Of a DNA stretch of 64,000 bases, positions 44,515 through 55,518 are shown piece by piece. Where the stretch lies: positions 1,536,001 to 1,600,000 of the forward strand of contig CAWBEI010000002.1 of the NCBI GenBank assembly GCA_963787835.1, written 5' to 3'. This stretch comes from Ignavibacteriota bacterium (GTDB taxonomy: Bacteria; Bacteroidota; Ignavibacteria; Palsa-1295). The position numbers and the translations under genes were made by a program. Below the pieces are notes generated by a model, which was given only the letters and a program-made list of their open reading frames with translations, did no database searches and was not told the DNA's origin. How positions within the stretch are numbered: position 1 is the stretch's first letter; every line of letters starts with the position of its first letter.

Positions 44515-47070
44515 TTATTCTGCGGTGATTCGCATTTTGTAGAATGACCGCCAGACGAAAAATACCGAAACGGCGAAGAACCCAGCGGCAAGAACATGGC
44601 CCAACATGGAGCCAGCATCTGCTGTGAGTTTCACCGCCAATTCGACTGCCAGCAGTCCGAAAAGTGTGGTAAACTTGATTACAGGATTGAGCGCAACCGA
44701 AGAGGTATCCTTGAAGGGATCGCCGACGGTATCACCGACGACGGTTGCGTCGTGAAGGGGAGTGCCCTTCATCTTTAATTCCACTTCGACGATCTTCTTT
44801 GCATTGTCCCAAGCGCCTCCGGCATTTGCCATGAAGATCGCCTGATAGAGTCCAAAGATCGCAATGGAAATAAGGTAACCAATAAAGAAGAACGGATCGA
44901 CGAACGCGAACGCGAGCGTCGCAAAAAACACGGTCAGGAAGATATTAAACATCCCCTTCTGAGCATACTTTGTGCAGATCTCGACAACCTTCTTGCTATC
45001 CGAGACCGAAGCTTTTTCCACGCCTTCGAGTTTGATGTTCGCCTTGATGAATTCGACCGCGCGATACGCGCCCGTTGTTACGGCCTGAATAGAAGCGCCA
45101 GTGAACCAATAGATGATCGAGCCGCCGGTGATGAGGCCAAGCACGAACGGCGCATGAAGCAAGGAAAGACTGTCCAGATGAGAGGTCAGCCCATTGGTGA
45201 GCGCCATGATGATCGAGAAGATCATCGTCGTTGCGCCGACAACGGCTGTACCGATAAGCACCGGCTTTGCAGATGCTTTGAAGGTGTTGCCTGCGCCATC
45301 GTTCTCTTCGAGCAAGTGTTTTGCGCGCTCGAAGTTGACATCCACATTAAAATCTTTTTTAAGTTCTTGCTCGATCCCTGGGATCGTTTCGATCAAAGAA
45401 AGCTCATAGACCGATTGTGCATTATCTGTTACCGGGCCGTAGGAATCGACGGCGATGGTTACCGGTCCCATGCCGAGGAAGCCGAAGGCGATGAGTCCGA
45501 AGGCGAAAACGGCGGGTGCAAGCATCAGCGGCGTTTGTGTGCCTGGAAGCATCATGCCGAGTCCGTGCATACTCACAAAGTACCCAACTGCCATCAGGAT
45601 AACCATCGAAATACCGATCCAGTATGCCGAAAAATTACCGGCTACCAAACCAGAAAGAATATTCAGTGACGGGCCACCCTCGCGCGAGGAAGATACCACT
45701 TCCTTCACGTGGCCAGAGTTCGTAGAGGTAAACACTTTCACCAATTCCGGAATAACTGCGCCCGCAAGCGTTCCGCAGGAGATAATAGTGGAGAGTTTCC
45801 ACCAAAGTGTCGTACTGCCGCCAAGTACCGGGATCATGAGGTAAGAGACAAGATAGGTCAACCCAATGGAAATGATCGACGTGTACCACACGAGCGACGT
45901 AAGCGGCGTTTCGAAATTCATGTTATCCGAATTACCGTAGCGCGCCTTGGCGATAATGTTATTCAGGAAGTAAGCGCCGGAACTGGAGATGAGCATCATC
46001 ACGCGCATGGCAAAGATCCAGACGAGAAGCTGAACCTGCACTGTTGCATCGTGAACACCAAGAAGGATGAAGGTAATGAGCGCAACTCCTGTCACGCCGT
46101 ACGTCTCGAAGCCATCGGCGGAGGGTCCAACGGAATCGCCGGCGTTATCGCCGGTGCAATCGGCAATGACGCCGGGATTGCGAGCATCGTCCTCCTTGAT
46201 CTTGAAGACGATCTTCATCAGATCGCTGCCGATGTCTGCAATTTTGGTAAAGATACCGCCCGCAATTCTCAGCGCAGCAGCGCCAAGCGATTCACCGATC
46301 GCAAATCCGATAAAACATGGCCCGGCATAATACCCCGGCACAAAAAGCAGGATAAAAAGCATGATGAGCAACTCGACCGAAATAAGCATCATCCCGACGC
46401 TCATGCCGGATTGCAGCGGGATCGAGTAGATCGGGAACGGCTTGCCGCCAAGTCCGGCAAACGCCGTACGGGAGTTTGCGTAGGTATTGACGCGAATGCC
46501 AAACCATGCCACGCCATAGCTGCCCAGCACACCGATAATGCTAAAGAGCAGGATGATCGTTACCGTCAGGCCAACAGGATGGCCTGGTGTAGGCGCCAGC
46601 GCGCCAAAATAAAGACCTATGATGACCGCGATGAAGATCCAAAGAATAGCCAAGAACTTGCCCTGCGTAATAAGGTAGGTTTTGCAGGTCTCATAGATAA
46701 GCTCAGATATCTCTCGCATGGAGCGGTGAACCGGCATATTCTTTAGTTTGCGAAGGATCGAAAGACCGAAAAGAAGGCCCAGCGCACAAAAAACGAGCCC
46801 GATCATGAGCAAATTATGTCCGTCCATGCCCATGAAGGACACCTTCGAAAGGTCAGGCAGCACCAGATTAGCCTCGCCGCCGCCTGTTTCAGCAGGCATT
46901 GCCATGGGGGCGGCGGTATGAATATGTATTGCAGAGTCCACCTGGGAGATGGTCTGTGCCCGAGCGGAACCGTTCCAAGCATCGTCGGCGATGCTTGAAA
47001 CGGCTGCTACAAGGGCAAAAACGGCAAGAAAACGAGTCAACGAGCTAAGTTTCGGTCCTAAAAAGTGCAT
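44515..47070 (-). CDS. hppA: membrane-bound cation-translocating pyrophosphatase, K+-independent H+-PPase type
   Basis: GGIFTKIADIGSDL, EDDARNP, DSYGPVTDNA, GNTFK, GGAWDNAKK, GDTVGDPFKDT. Start placed at MHFLG because a promoter box overlaps the ORF-track start. Confidence 0.93.
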   Translation of the reverse strand: MHFLGPKLSSLTRFLAVFALVAAVSSIADDAWNGSARAQTISQVDSAIHIHTAAPMAMPAETGGGEANLVLPDLSKVSFMGMDGHNLLMIGLVFCALGLLFGLSILRKLKNMPVHRSMREISELIYETCKTYLITQGKFLAILWIFIAVIIGLYFGALAPTPGHPVGLTVTIILLFSIIGVLGSYGVAWFGIRVNTYANSRTAFAGLGGKPFPIYSIPLQSGMSVGMMLISVELLIMLFILLFVPGYYAGPCFIGFAIGESLGAAALRIAGGIFTKIADIGSDLMKIVFKIKEDDARNPGVIADCTGDNAGDSVGPSADGFETYGVTGVALITFILLGVHDATVQVQLLVWIFAMRVMMLISSSGAYFLNNIIAKARYGNSDNMNFETPLTSLVWYTSIISIGLTYLVSYLMIPVLGGSTTLWWKLSTIISCGTLAGAVIPELVKVFTSTNSGHVKEVVSSSREGGPSLNILSGLVAGNFSAYWIGISMVILMAVGYFVSMHGLGMMLPGTQTPLMLAPAVFAFGLIAFGFLGMGPVTIAVDSYGPVTDNAQSVYELSLIETIPGIEQELKKDFNVDVNFERAKHLLEENDGAGNTFKASAKPVLIGTAVVGATTMIFSIIMALTNGLTSHLDSLSLLHAPFVLGLITGGSIIYWFTGASIQAVTTGAYRAVEFIKANIKLEGVEKASVSDSKKVVEICTKYAQKGMFNIFLTVFFATLAFAFVDPFFFIGYLISIAIFGLYQAIFMANAGGAWDNAKKIVEVELKMKGTPLHDATVVGDTVGDPFKDTSSVALNPVIKFTTLFGLLAVELAVKLTADAGSMLGHVLAAGFFAVSVFFVWRSFYKMRITAE

Positions 47071-47123
47071 TCTATTTTGGTTGGGTACGGGATGGAGGTT
47101 GATTGATACAAACATCAGTCCCA

Positions 47124-47133
47124 CAAAAATACG
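47124..47133 (-). promoter_or_regulatory. Bacteroidota-type TAnnTTTG promoter box
   Basis: Minus strand CGTATTTTTG upstream of hppA. The same 10-mer precedes the porin gene (~37706) and nuoA (~39678); CGTATATTTG precedes the 1479-aa gene (~11845). Confidence 0.65.
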
Positions 47134-47218
47134 GAATTTTTCCCCGGGCGGCGTAAAAAGCTAAAAATCCCAGAATGATTCCGCTTACGTGGATTTTTTA
47201 TTAAAGCGTTGGTAGGGA

Positions 47219-48262
47219 CTAATTTCCTGCATGCCTCGGAATTTCCTCTTCCATGATCGCATCCGTCTTATCGTGGGAGGGTTCGTAGCCGTACATGAGG
47301 GGATTGGCAGCGAGGAACCGCTCGGCGTCTATGGCGGCCACGCAGCCGGTTCCGGCAGCAGTTACGGCCTGGCGATACACGTGATCCTGACAATCGCCGC
47401 AGGCGAACACCCCAGGGATATTGGTGAACGAAGTCTTACCCTTCGTTTCAATATAACCGACTTCATTCATTTCGATCAGGCCACGGAACAGTTCCGTGTT
47501 CGGCGAGTGGCCGATAGCGACGAACACGCCGTTCGTCGCAACCTGCTCCGTTGCGCCGGTCTTGGTATTCCGAAGAATTGCGCCATTGACCATCTTGCGG
47601 CCTTTCTCGTCAGTGGCGCCAAGTACCTCGATGATCTCCTGATGGGTGCGCCAGTGTATCTTACCGTTAGCTTTCGCACGGTCGAGCATAATTTTCGAAG
47701 CACGGAAATCGTCGCGGCGATGCACAAGCGTTACCGAATTACAAAAATGGGTGAGGTAATTTGCTTCTTCCATCGCAGTATCGCCACCCCCTACGATCAG
47801 CACATCCTGATTCTTAAAAAAGAATCCATCGCACGTAGCGCAGGCGCTGACGCCGTAGCCCATGTAAAGTTCCTCGGATGGAATGTCCAGCAATTTAGCG
47901 CGAGCGCCGGTCGCAATGATAACAGCATCGGCATGATACTTTTTATCGCCGGCATGAACGGTGAATGGCCGCCTGGATAGATCGACGGCAGTAGCAGTCT
48001 CGAATTTACAGACAGCACCGAAACGGGTTGCCTGTCGGCGCAGAATTTCCATCATTTCCGGCCCCTGCACGCCATGCTCGAAGCCCGGATAGTTCTCGAC
48101 TTCGGTTGTGATGGTCAGCTGTCCACCGGGCTGATCGCCTTCGAGCACAACGGGAGAAAGATTGGCGCGGGCTGTATATAAAGCAGCGGTCAATCCGGCA
48201 GGACCCGAACCGATGATAAGAACCGGATGAACTTCGTGGCGATGAAGGTGTGTGTGGGGCAT
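47219..48262 (-). CDS. trxB: thioredoxin-disulfide reductase
   Basis: [34 protein letters not shown]...YRQAVTAAG. Confidence 0.97.
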   Translation of the reverse strand: MPHTHLHRHEVHPVLIIGSGPAGLTAALYTARANLSPVVLEGDQPGGQLTITTEVENYPGFEHGVQGPEMMEILRRQATRFGAVCKFETATAVDLSRRPFTVHAGDKKYHADAVIIATGARAKLLDIPSEELYMGYGVSACATCDGFFFKNQDVLIVGGGDTAMEEANYLTHFCNSVTLVHRRDDFRASKIMLDRAKANGKIHWRTHQEIIEVLGATDEKGRKMVNGAILRNTKTGATEQVATNGVFVAIGHSPNTELFRGLIEMNEVGYIETKGKTSFTNIPGVFACGDCQDHVYRQAVTAAGTGCVAAIDAERFLAANPLMYGYEPSHDKTDAIMEEEIPRHAGN

Positions 48263-48336
48263 CTATATTAATAAATCAAAGAAGAATCGTCACTATAATC
48301 ACAAAAAAAAATGTAATTCGGTTCAGTGTTGCCTCC

Positions 48337-48483
48337 TGTCATTCTGAGCGGAGCACATTTTCACAAAGCGAAAATGTGCGGAGTCGAAGAATCTCATGCA
48401 GTTCACCTCAGTGGGAAATCACAAGAGATCCTTCGACTTCGTTATTCCCTCCTTCGTCGGGAATAACTACGCTCAGGATGACA
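48337..48483. repeat. REP/REPIN element, GTCATTCTGAGCG family
   Basis: TGTCATTCTGAGCG ... CGCTCAGGATGACA with inner AGTCGAAGAATCTC/GAGATCCTTCGACT. Confidence 0.88.
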
Positions 48484-48533
48484 TCGAAATATAAATCAGG
48501 ATGAAAGTCACTTTGTAACTGTTTGAGGGCGCA

Positions 48534-49716
48534 ATGTTTAAGAACAAGGCACTCATTCCTATCGCGATCGTCGTCTTTGTCGATCTGCTTGGCTTTTCGA
48601 TCATTTTGCCGCTTCTGCCGTATTATGCACGGACGTTTAACGCATCACCTGAGATGATCGGATATCTTGTAGCCAGCTATTCGGTATGCCAGTTCATAGC
48701 ATCGCCGATCTTAGGAGGGCTGAGCTGACCGATTCGGCAGACGTCCGCTTCTCATCTATTCTCAACTTGGCTCGATGGCGGGATTTATCTTGCTTGGGAT
48801 AGCAAATTCGCTGCCGATATTATTTTTATCCCGAATCATCGATGGTATCAGTGGCGGCAATTTAACAATTGCTCAGGCGTACATTGCGGATGTGACTCCT
48901 CCGAAAGAACGGGCCGGAGCGCTGGCCATCATTGGCATTGGCTTCGGGTTGGGTTTCGTCGTCGGCCCCCCGATAGGCGGGTTGCTGGCAACGCAATTCG
49001 GATTTTCTGCGCCGGCATTCGCCGGTGCATTTTTCGCGCTTTGCAGCACCTCGTTAACGGCGTTCTATCTAAAAGAGCATCAGCACGTCCGCGATGAAAA
49101 TGCTAAGACTGGCCTGAATTATTATGTGAGGGTCATTGAATATCTTCGGGATCAAAATTTGCGAAAGCTGCTATTAACGTTCCTGTTCTTTGCATTGCCA
49201 TTCTCGCTCTATGTTTCGATGTTCTCGCTCTTTGCGATGACAGCACTTCAATTTACGACTCAGCAAGTTGGGTTATTTCTTGGGTTTGTCGGCTTGCTTG
49301 GTGTTCTTTGGCAAGGGGTGGTTATTCGGCCATTGGTGAGAAAGATCGGGGAAGTGAGATCATTGCGGATCGGGCTGATCTCCATGGTTCTCGGTTTGGT
49401 GGGGCTGGCTTTGGCACGAACTACTCTTGGGCTTGTCGCGATAGCGATCCTGTTCTCCTTTGGCACTGGCGTGACGCGCCCTACACTTTCGAGCCTTATC
49501 ACGCAGCTTGCACCACCGAAGCGCAAAGGCGGTGCATTAGGAGTATCGGCCTCGCTCGAAAGTTTTTCCCGTTCTGTCGCCCCTATTCTTGGAGGATGGA
49601 TCATCGGCGGCCTGCATCCCAATTGGATAGGCTATGTCGGCGCTATGATGGCATCGGTTGCGGTTGTTCTTGCCTTTGGAATAACGAGAGATAGTCATGA
49701 ACTGGCTCACGATTGA
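48534..49716 (+). pseudogene. TetA-like MFS efflux transporter split by a one-base insertion (possibly a sequencing error)
   Basis: Motif A GGLS|DRFGRRP is broken by an extra base at 48725-48726 (AGC T GAC); the two ORFs join otherwise. Confidence 0.8.
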
Positions 49717-49732
49717 ATCGGTTGCTTATAGC

Positions 49733-52516
49733 ATGACCAAGAAGATTACCGTTGTCCTGTTCGTCCTATCGCTCATCGCAGTGCTGCAAATGGACTGGCA
49801 ATATGAGAAGCAATATCAGCGAACACAAGGGCATCATGCTTTGATGGAAAATGGTGAGGCTCATCAATATTGGGACTATCTTCGTCTGCGAGACCCGGCG
49901 ACCGGGGAGATCCCTCGTGGCATTCACACTCGCGAGTTAGCGTTTGCTGAAACCATTGGCAACAACCGGCCAGCATTAAAGAGCCTTTCAACAATTCAAA
50001 CGACCGGGTGGCAATCTGCCGGTCCTATCAATGCCGGTGGAAGAACGCAGGCGATCGGTGTCGATGTATCGAACGAGGCGAACGTCCTCATCGCCACCGC
50101 GCAGGGCGGAGTGTTTCGGTCAACCGATAGCGGCCAATCATGGACAAGAACGACGGCTCCTGGTCAGTTGAAAGACATGAGTTCCCTCGTTCAGGATACT
50201 CGACATGGTAAGACCGGCGTTTGGTATGCCGGAACTGGAGAGCTGATCAGCACCGTCTGGCGGCGAACCTCGAACGATCTCGATGTCAATTGGCATAGTC
50301 CGGACATTGGGAATGGAATTTATAAATCCACCGACAGTGGGGTGACATGGAATGTGCTTCCTTCTACCGTTGATGCTACGCCGACCGTGCTGGATAGTGT
50401 ATTCGACGGCGTGTGGAATATCGCGGTCGATAATTCCCGGAATGATTCCGACATCGTGTATGCGGCAGGTTACGGAGCCATCATGCGGTCGAACAATGGC
50501 GGCGTTACGTGGACGCATATCTTAGGCGACCGGGTTAACTTATCTGTTGCTACCGATGTAGCCATTACATCGACCGGGATCATTTATGCCTTTCTCAGTG
50601 GGGAATCCTCGACGGATGCGACGCCTTCGCAAGCTGGGGCGTGGAGATCGACAGATGGTTTGCACTGGACGAGCATTACACCATCTGGCTGGCCAACTGC
50701 CGCTGCCAGAATGCGCATCGCGATTGCTCCTTCGAATGAAGATACCGTGTATTTTGGTGGACTATCCTCTGCCGATGGATACACGCCTACTTTATTTTTA
50801 TATGCCTACAAATCCGGCAATGGCTCCGGATCGGGCGGTGCGTGGGAAGATCGTTCCTCAAATGTTCCGGCCCCACAGAGCCAGCATGATGCCAACGGCG
50901 TAAACACCTATGGCGGTTATGCGGTAGCACTCAAGGTGCTGCCCACGGATCCGAACGTTGTATTCATGGGGGGTACAAATCTCTTCCGTTCTACCGACGG
51001 CTTTCAAACTCCCGATAACATTAGCTGGATCGGTGGATATTACGAACCTTATTTGCAGGGGGAATCAGATAGCCAGAGTTATCCGAACCACCATCCCGAT
51101 AATCATGATCTGGCATTCCGTCCCTCTAATCCTAACGTGCTTTATTCCGCGAATGATGGCGGCATTTATGTTTCCCACGATTGCCAGGACAATAATGGAA
51201 CCGCCCAGCCAATTGAATGGACGATCCTCAATTCCAACGATCCCGCGAGCATTCTTTACGCTGTTGCGATGGATCATGCCACACCCGGCGACACGACGCT
51301 CATCGGAGGCTTTCAGGATCAGGGAAGCTGGCTTGCCTACGGCGGAAATTATTGGCAGCAATACGATGGTGGTGATGGATGCAATTGTGCCATTGCCGAT
51401 CATAAGGCGGCCTATTATATGTCATCTCAGAATGGTTACATCGATCAGTGGTTTCTGGAGCCAGATTTTTCCGTGGATTCCGTGGTCGGCATTGGGTCCG
51501 GTTTTGGTGATCCTCAATTCGTTACTCCTTGGATGCTCGACCCTGCGGATAACAGCCAAATGTATTATTCGGCCGGTAATTCGATATGGAGCAATTCCAA
51601 CTTATTGGTTGATCCAGCCGGAAACTGGGGACAGATCCCAACTCCGAGCATCGCGGAGAACAACTATTTCACAGCCCTTGGCATGTCCGTGCTGCCTGCT
51701 CACCGGTTGTATTATGGAACCAGTGATGGTCATGTGTATCGCACCGATGAGGCAGATGGCACTTCGCCCTCGACATTGGAAATTACCGGTTCCAGTTTTC
51801 CGGCAGGCGCTTTTGTATCGTGCATCGCCGTTGATCCTCAGAATGCGGATAGCATTGTTGTATGTTTTTCGAATTACGATGTCATCAGTATTTTTGCTTC
51901 GAATGATGGCGGCACAACGTGGCATGATGCGAGCGGCAATCTCGAGCAAAATCCCGATGGTTCCGGGGACGGCCCATCCGTTCGCTGGGTGACGATTGTG
52001 CATCAGAAAGGCCAGACGCTGTATCTTTGTGGCACAAGCGTGGGGCTCTTCTCAACGACGGATATATCCGGCCCGAATGTGCAATGGAATCCCGAAGGTA
52101 CGGAAACGATCGGTCATGCGATCGTGGAGAGCATGGATGTGCGGCAATCCGATGGCTATGTAGCCATCGCCACGCAAGGTTCGGGAGTTTATACCACGCA
52201 TGTTTCTGCCGCACCGAGTAATGTTACCTCAGGGTCGGTGGCAACAACGGGACTTAGTATTTTCCCGAATCCTGCAACGCTTGGTAACGATAAGCAAATA
52301 ACGGTTTCGTTCTCGTTGCCGGGTAGAGAGCAGGTAAGCCTGTCTGTGCATGATGTTACCGGCAAGACGGTTCTAATAGCGCCGAATGGCAGTGAATGGC
52401 CTCCCGGTGTTAATAATATTTCCCTCGATTGCTCTACCCTTCCAACAGGTTCCTATTTTGTAGAATTACAGACGGGTGAAGCCGTTGAAACGCGGCGATT
52501 GGTGATCGAGCGGTAG
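49733..52516 (+). CDS. secreted VPS10/BNR beta-propeller protein with T9SS type-A CTD
   Basis: LRDPATGEIP, GPINAGGRT, Asp boxes, HHPDNH, ATQGSG, IFPNP...GSYFVEL...RRLVIER. ORF is open from 49697. Confidence 0.88.
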   Translation: MTKKITVVLFVLSLIAVLQMDWQYEKQYQRTQGHHALMENGEAHQYWDYLRLRDPATGEIPRGIHTRELAFAETIGNNRPALKSLSTIQTTGWQSAGPINAGGRTQAIGVDVSNEANVLIATAQGGVFRSTDSGQSWTRTTAPGQLKDMSSLVQDTRHGKTGVWYAGTGELISTVWRRTSNDLDVNWHSPDIGNGIYKSTDSGVTWNVLPSTVDATPTVLDSVFDGVWNIAVDNSRNDSDIVYAAGYGAIMRSNNGGVTWTHILGDRVNLSVATDVAITSTGIIYAFLSGESSTDATPSQAGAWRSTDGLHWTSITPSGWPTAAARMRIAIAPSNEDTVYFGGLSSADGYTPTLFLYAYKSGNGSGSGGAWEDRSSNVPAPQSQHDANGVNTYGGYAVALKVLPTDPNVVFMGGTNLFRSTDGFQTPDNISWIGGYYEPYLQGESDSQSYPNHHPDNHDLAFRPSNPNVLYSANDGGIYVSHDCQDNNGTAQPIEWTILNSNDPASILYAVAMDHATPGDTTLIGGFQDQGSWLAYGGNYWQQYDGGDGCNCAIADHKAAYYMSSQNGYIDQWFLEPDFSVDSVVGIGSGFGDPQFVTPWMLDPADNSQMYYSAGNSIWSNSNLLVDPAGNWGQIPTPSIAENNYFTALGMSVLPAHRLYYGTSDGHVYRTDEADGTSPSTLEITGSSFPAGAFVSCIAVDPQNADSIVVCFSNYDVISIFASNDGGTTWHDASGNLEQNPDGSGDGPSVRWVTIVHQKGQTLYLCGTSVGLFSTTDISGPNVQWNPEGTETIGHAIVESMDVRQSDGYVAIATQGSGVYTTHVSAAPSNVTSGSVATTGLSIFPNPATLGNDKQITVSFSLPGREQVSLSVHDVTGKTVLIAPNGSEWPPGVNNISLDCSTLPTGSYFVELQTGEAVETRRLVIER

Positions 52517-52522
52517 GGAACC

Positions 52523-54787
52523 CTATTCTTTTACGAACTGCGCACGGGACTTTCCATCGCTGATGGAATATATCCCTTGTGGAAGACCGCTCACATCGAG
52601 ATCATGTGCGCCATTTGTGCTATGCAGCCATGTCCGGCCAAGTAAATCGGTAATGGTGATGTCATTGAAGGTCGATTCAAGATGCAGGATCCCTGTTGTG
52701 GGATTTGGATAGATGGTGAGTGGATTAATTGTTTGAAAAAAGCTCAGGGTTACGCTCGCTGGTTGGGATGATGTTAATTTTCGGCGATAGAAGCCCTCAC
52801 GTGTCGTTGCAATGACGGTGTTTGAATCAGGGAACAGAAATTGGTCGAAGTATTCGTTCACATTCTTGCTCGTACCATCGTTTCCGATGCGAAGGCTATC
52901 ATTCTGCCATGTTATTCCTCCATCAGTAGTTCGAAATATCTCTGCGTTATGGGAACCGCAAAACCCAAGAGAATCGTTGAGGAACCCAACACTCGTGATA
53001 TTATTGGCATAGGCGCAGATGGAGTCGCGAATCCAGCTCTGGCCGCTGTCTGTTGTTCGAAAAACCACCCCACTATCGCAGCAAAGAAATCCATGCGATG
53101 GATCGCGAAAATAAACGCGATAGCATTTTACGAAAGCTGGTGCATTTTTGAATTCTTCCCAAGTTTTGCCGGCATTTGTGGTCTCGTGTATTCTATAGTG
53201 GAAGTCGTAATCAGGATTGTTTCCTCCGGAACCTGCTCCAATAACTGTATCGGTATATTCAATAACAGCATAGGCATTCGTCTTGTCGAATGCAGAAATA
53301 TTCAAAAGCTGGCAGTAACTGGGTGCTATTTTTTGATTCGGAAAAGGTGAGATCGTATCGAGAGGAATAGGACTGATTCTTTCCCACGTGGACCCATAAT
53401 TCGATGTATAGACGCCACCCAGCCGTCCATACATCGCGTAGGCGGCCTGGTACGACGAGGCGTAAAAATTATAATATGGGAATGAAAACGTATCGGAAAT
53501 GATTGTGCTGGCCCACGTGAGACCGCCATCGGTTGTTTTGACGGAGAAGCCGGGCAGATCGTCACCGTATAAGGCAACACCGTCGGAGCTATTCTGAAAT
53601 AGAATTCCAGTCCACGGAAACCTATTCAGTAGGCTGTATGTACCCCATGTATCGCCTCCATCGCTGGAACGAATAAATGTAGTCCCGTAGGAGCCTAGAT
53701 CCACTCCCATAAGCGTGTCCTGGAAATTAACCATATACTCCTGGGTTTCGCCATAGCAGACATTGCGATATTGCCAGTTTTCTCCTTCATTCGTGGAATA
53801 TTGGATATTCCCTAGACTTCCAATCAGGAGCGCTCCATGAGAAGGACTGTACCAGGTCCCGTTGATCAGTTCGCCGCCGCCGATAGGCGCCGTATTCCAG
53901 GTTAGACCAAGATCAGTTGAAGTCCAAGCCACGTTTTCGCCACCTGCCGCAAAGAGTGAAGTGCTCGTCATCATTTTTATTGAATTGAAGCTAACAATCA
54001 ACAAGGCTGGCATTGGCCTGTTCAGCCATGTATTTCCACCATCGGTTGTAACAAACGTATGGCCGAATTCACCATCAGCGTATCCGCCAACCATTCCTGT
54101 ATCACCATTATAAAAATCCAAACAATGTAGGAAGATCGAATCACCAGCGCCAATGTCTTGTGTTGTCCATGTTGCACCTGCATCGTTCGTTTTAGCAAAC
54201 GCGCCGCTGTCTCCACAGACAAAACCAGTGCGGGAACCTGTAAAGTAAGTGGCATAAAGGGCATGGGAGAAGAGTCGCTGTGAGTTCCAGGAATTCCCTC
54301 GATTCGTTGTTCGCCAAACGAAGCCAGAATTATCGCAAACAATTGCGGTATCACGCGAAAGATAAGCGGATCGGGTTGGATGATTCGAAATATTAGAACG
54401 CGACCACGTTACACCTCCATCCGATGTAAAAAGTACATCGCCAATCCACGAAATAAGCATTCCGTGAAGCGAATCGACAAAGTGAACATCGAGAAGCGAG
54501 AGCGTATCGTCCACGTAACGATGCTGCCACGTCACGCCAAAATCAGTGGAGACGTAAAGGAATCCGTCAGTTGTTGGCATGACGAGTGTCGTTGGCGATT
54601 GATTTGCAATTGCCGTGAAATCGACCGGGCCTATTTCTTCCCATCGTTCCGGCGATTGCGCGACGGCGGAAATCGGAAGAATAGAAATTGCGAGACCGAA
54701 AAAAATGAAGAGATGAAGTTTCAAAGTAGCCAATGTTAAAATTTCAAAATGAAATTGTTTTTGGCATACTGTGGTGCCAACTTTCAC
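52523..54787 (-). CDS. YCF48-like/BNR-repeat secreted protein with T9SS type-A CTD
   Basis: Many T-T-D-G-G-x-T-W repeats, IYPNPTTG...DLLGR...GIYSI...AQFVKE. Start codon uncertain. Confidence 0.85.
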   Translation of the reverse strand: MKVGTTVCQKQFHFEILTLATLKLHLFIFFGLAISILPISAVAQSPERWEEIGPVDFTAIANQSPTTLVMPTTDGFLYVSTDFGVTWQHRYVDDTLSLLDVHFVDSLHGMLISWIGDVLFTSDGGVTWSRSNISNHPTRSAYLSRDTAIVCDNSGFVWRTTNRGNSWNSQRLFSHALYATYFTGSRTGFVCGDSGAFAKTNDAGATWTTQDIGAGDSIFLHCLDFYNGDTGMVGGYADGEFGHTFVTTDGGNTWLNRPMPALLIVSFNSIKMMTSTSLFAAGGENVAWTSTDLGLTWNTAPIGGGELINGTWYSPSHGALLIGSLGNIQYSTNEGENWQYRNVCYGETQEYMVNFQDTLMGVDLGSYGTTFIRSSDGGDTWGTYSLLNRFPWTGILFQNSSDGVALYGDDLPGFSVKTTDGGLTWASTIISDTFSFPYYNFYASSYQAAYAMYGRLGGVYTSNYGSTWERISPIPLDTISPFPNQKIAPSYCQLLNISAFDKTNAYAVIEYTDTVIGAGSGGNNPDYDFHYRIHETTNAGKTWEEFKNAPAFVKCYRVYFRDPSHGFLCCDSGVVFRTTDSGQSWIRDSICAYANNITSVGFLNDSLGFCGSHNAEIFRTTDGGITWQNDSLRIGNDGTSKNVNEYFDQFLFPDSNTVIATTREGFYRRKLTSSQPASVTLSFFQTINPLTIYPNPTTGILHLESTFNDITITDLLGRTWLHSTNGAHDLDVSGLPQGIYSISDGKSRAQFVKE

Positions 54788-54819
54788 TACTCAATTTCTA
54801 CTCATATTCCCGAAGCAAC

Positions 54820-55290
54820 CTAATCCCACTCCACTTGCGCAACCGCATACGCAGCCACGCCCTCTTCGCGGCCAATGAAGCCCAGGCGTTCGTTCGTGGT
54901 GGCTTTTATGGAAACCCGTTTGACTTCGAGACCCACAGCTTCAGCGATTCGCTCTCGCATGTGTTCGATATGCGGGCGCAGACGCGGGGCTTCGAGCACA
55001 ACGGTGGAATCGATGTTTATGATATGCGCGCCTTCGTTTCGGAGAATGTGATGCACGCGTTTTAGCATGGCAATGGAATCCGCGCCGCGCCATTCTGTTG
55101 CGGTGTCGGGGAAGTGAAGACCAATATCGCCGAGAGAGAGCGCGCCGAGCAATGCATCCATGATCGCATGAACGAGCACATCGCCATCCGAATGCGCAAC
55201 GGTTCCGAGTCTCGATTCGAGCATGACTCCGCCTAAGACGAGGGTTTCGCCTGGAGCAAGTTCATGAACGTCGTAACCGATTCCAACCAC
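54820..55290 (-). CDS. ispF: 2-C-methyl-D-erythritol 2,4-cyclodiphosphate synthase
   Basis: GIGYDVH, HSDGDV..HA..DALLGA, GDIG.HFPDT, KATTNE.LGF.GREEG. Confidence 0.97.
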   Translation of the reverse strand: MVGIGYDVHELAPGETLVLGGVMLESRLGTVAHSDGDVLVHAIMDALLGALSLGDIGLHFPDTATEWRGADSIAMLKRVHHILRNEGAHIINIDSTVVLEAPRLRPHIEHMRERIAEAVGLEVKRVSIKATTNERLGFIGREEGVAAYAVAQVEWD

Positions 55291-55334
55291 GACTGAGATT
55301 TATGAGATTTGGGAAGGATTTATAGGATAGGATT

Positions 55335-55501
55335 TGCCATTCCGAGCGGAGCAGACCATCGCGGAGCGATGGTCTGCGGAGTCGAGGAATCTTCGGTTTT
55401 ACCAATGTGAGCTAAACTGCACGAGATCCTTCGACTCCGTTCGGCTCCGCTTCGCTCCACCAAACTCCGCTTCGCTCCACCAAACTCCGCTCAGGATGAC
55501 A
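55335..55501. repeat. REP/REPIN element, GTCATTCTGAGCG family, with internal 20-bp tandem duplication
   Basis: TGCCATTCCGAGCGGAG ... CTCCGCTCAGGATGACA; CTCCGCTTCGCTCCACCAAA twice (55445-55484). Confidence 0.88.
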
Positions 55502-55518
55502 TGTGGAGAAAATCAGTT

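Noticed and set aside
45709-46746. Long alternative ORFs (345 aa opposite hppA; also 24530-25561, 50958-51992, 16681-17358, 34509-35261, 47231-47980)
   Set aside because: Shadow frames overlapping well-supported genes, with no recognisable motifs.
55296-55334. Degenerate GAGATTT/GGATTT short repeats (similar at 59848-59866)
   Set aside because: Too short and low-complexity to assign; no associated gene seen.
55445-55490. Direct repeats as a possible CRISPR array
   Set aside because: Adjacent 20-bp duplication without spacers inside a REP element; no cas genes in the window.
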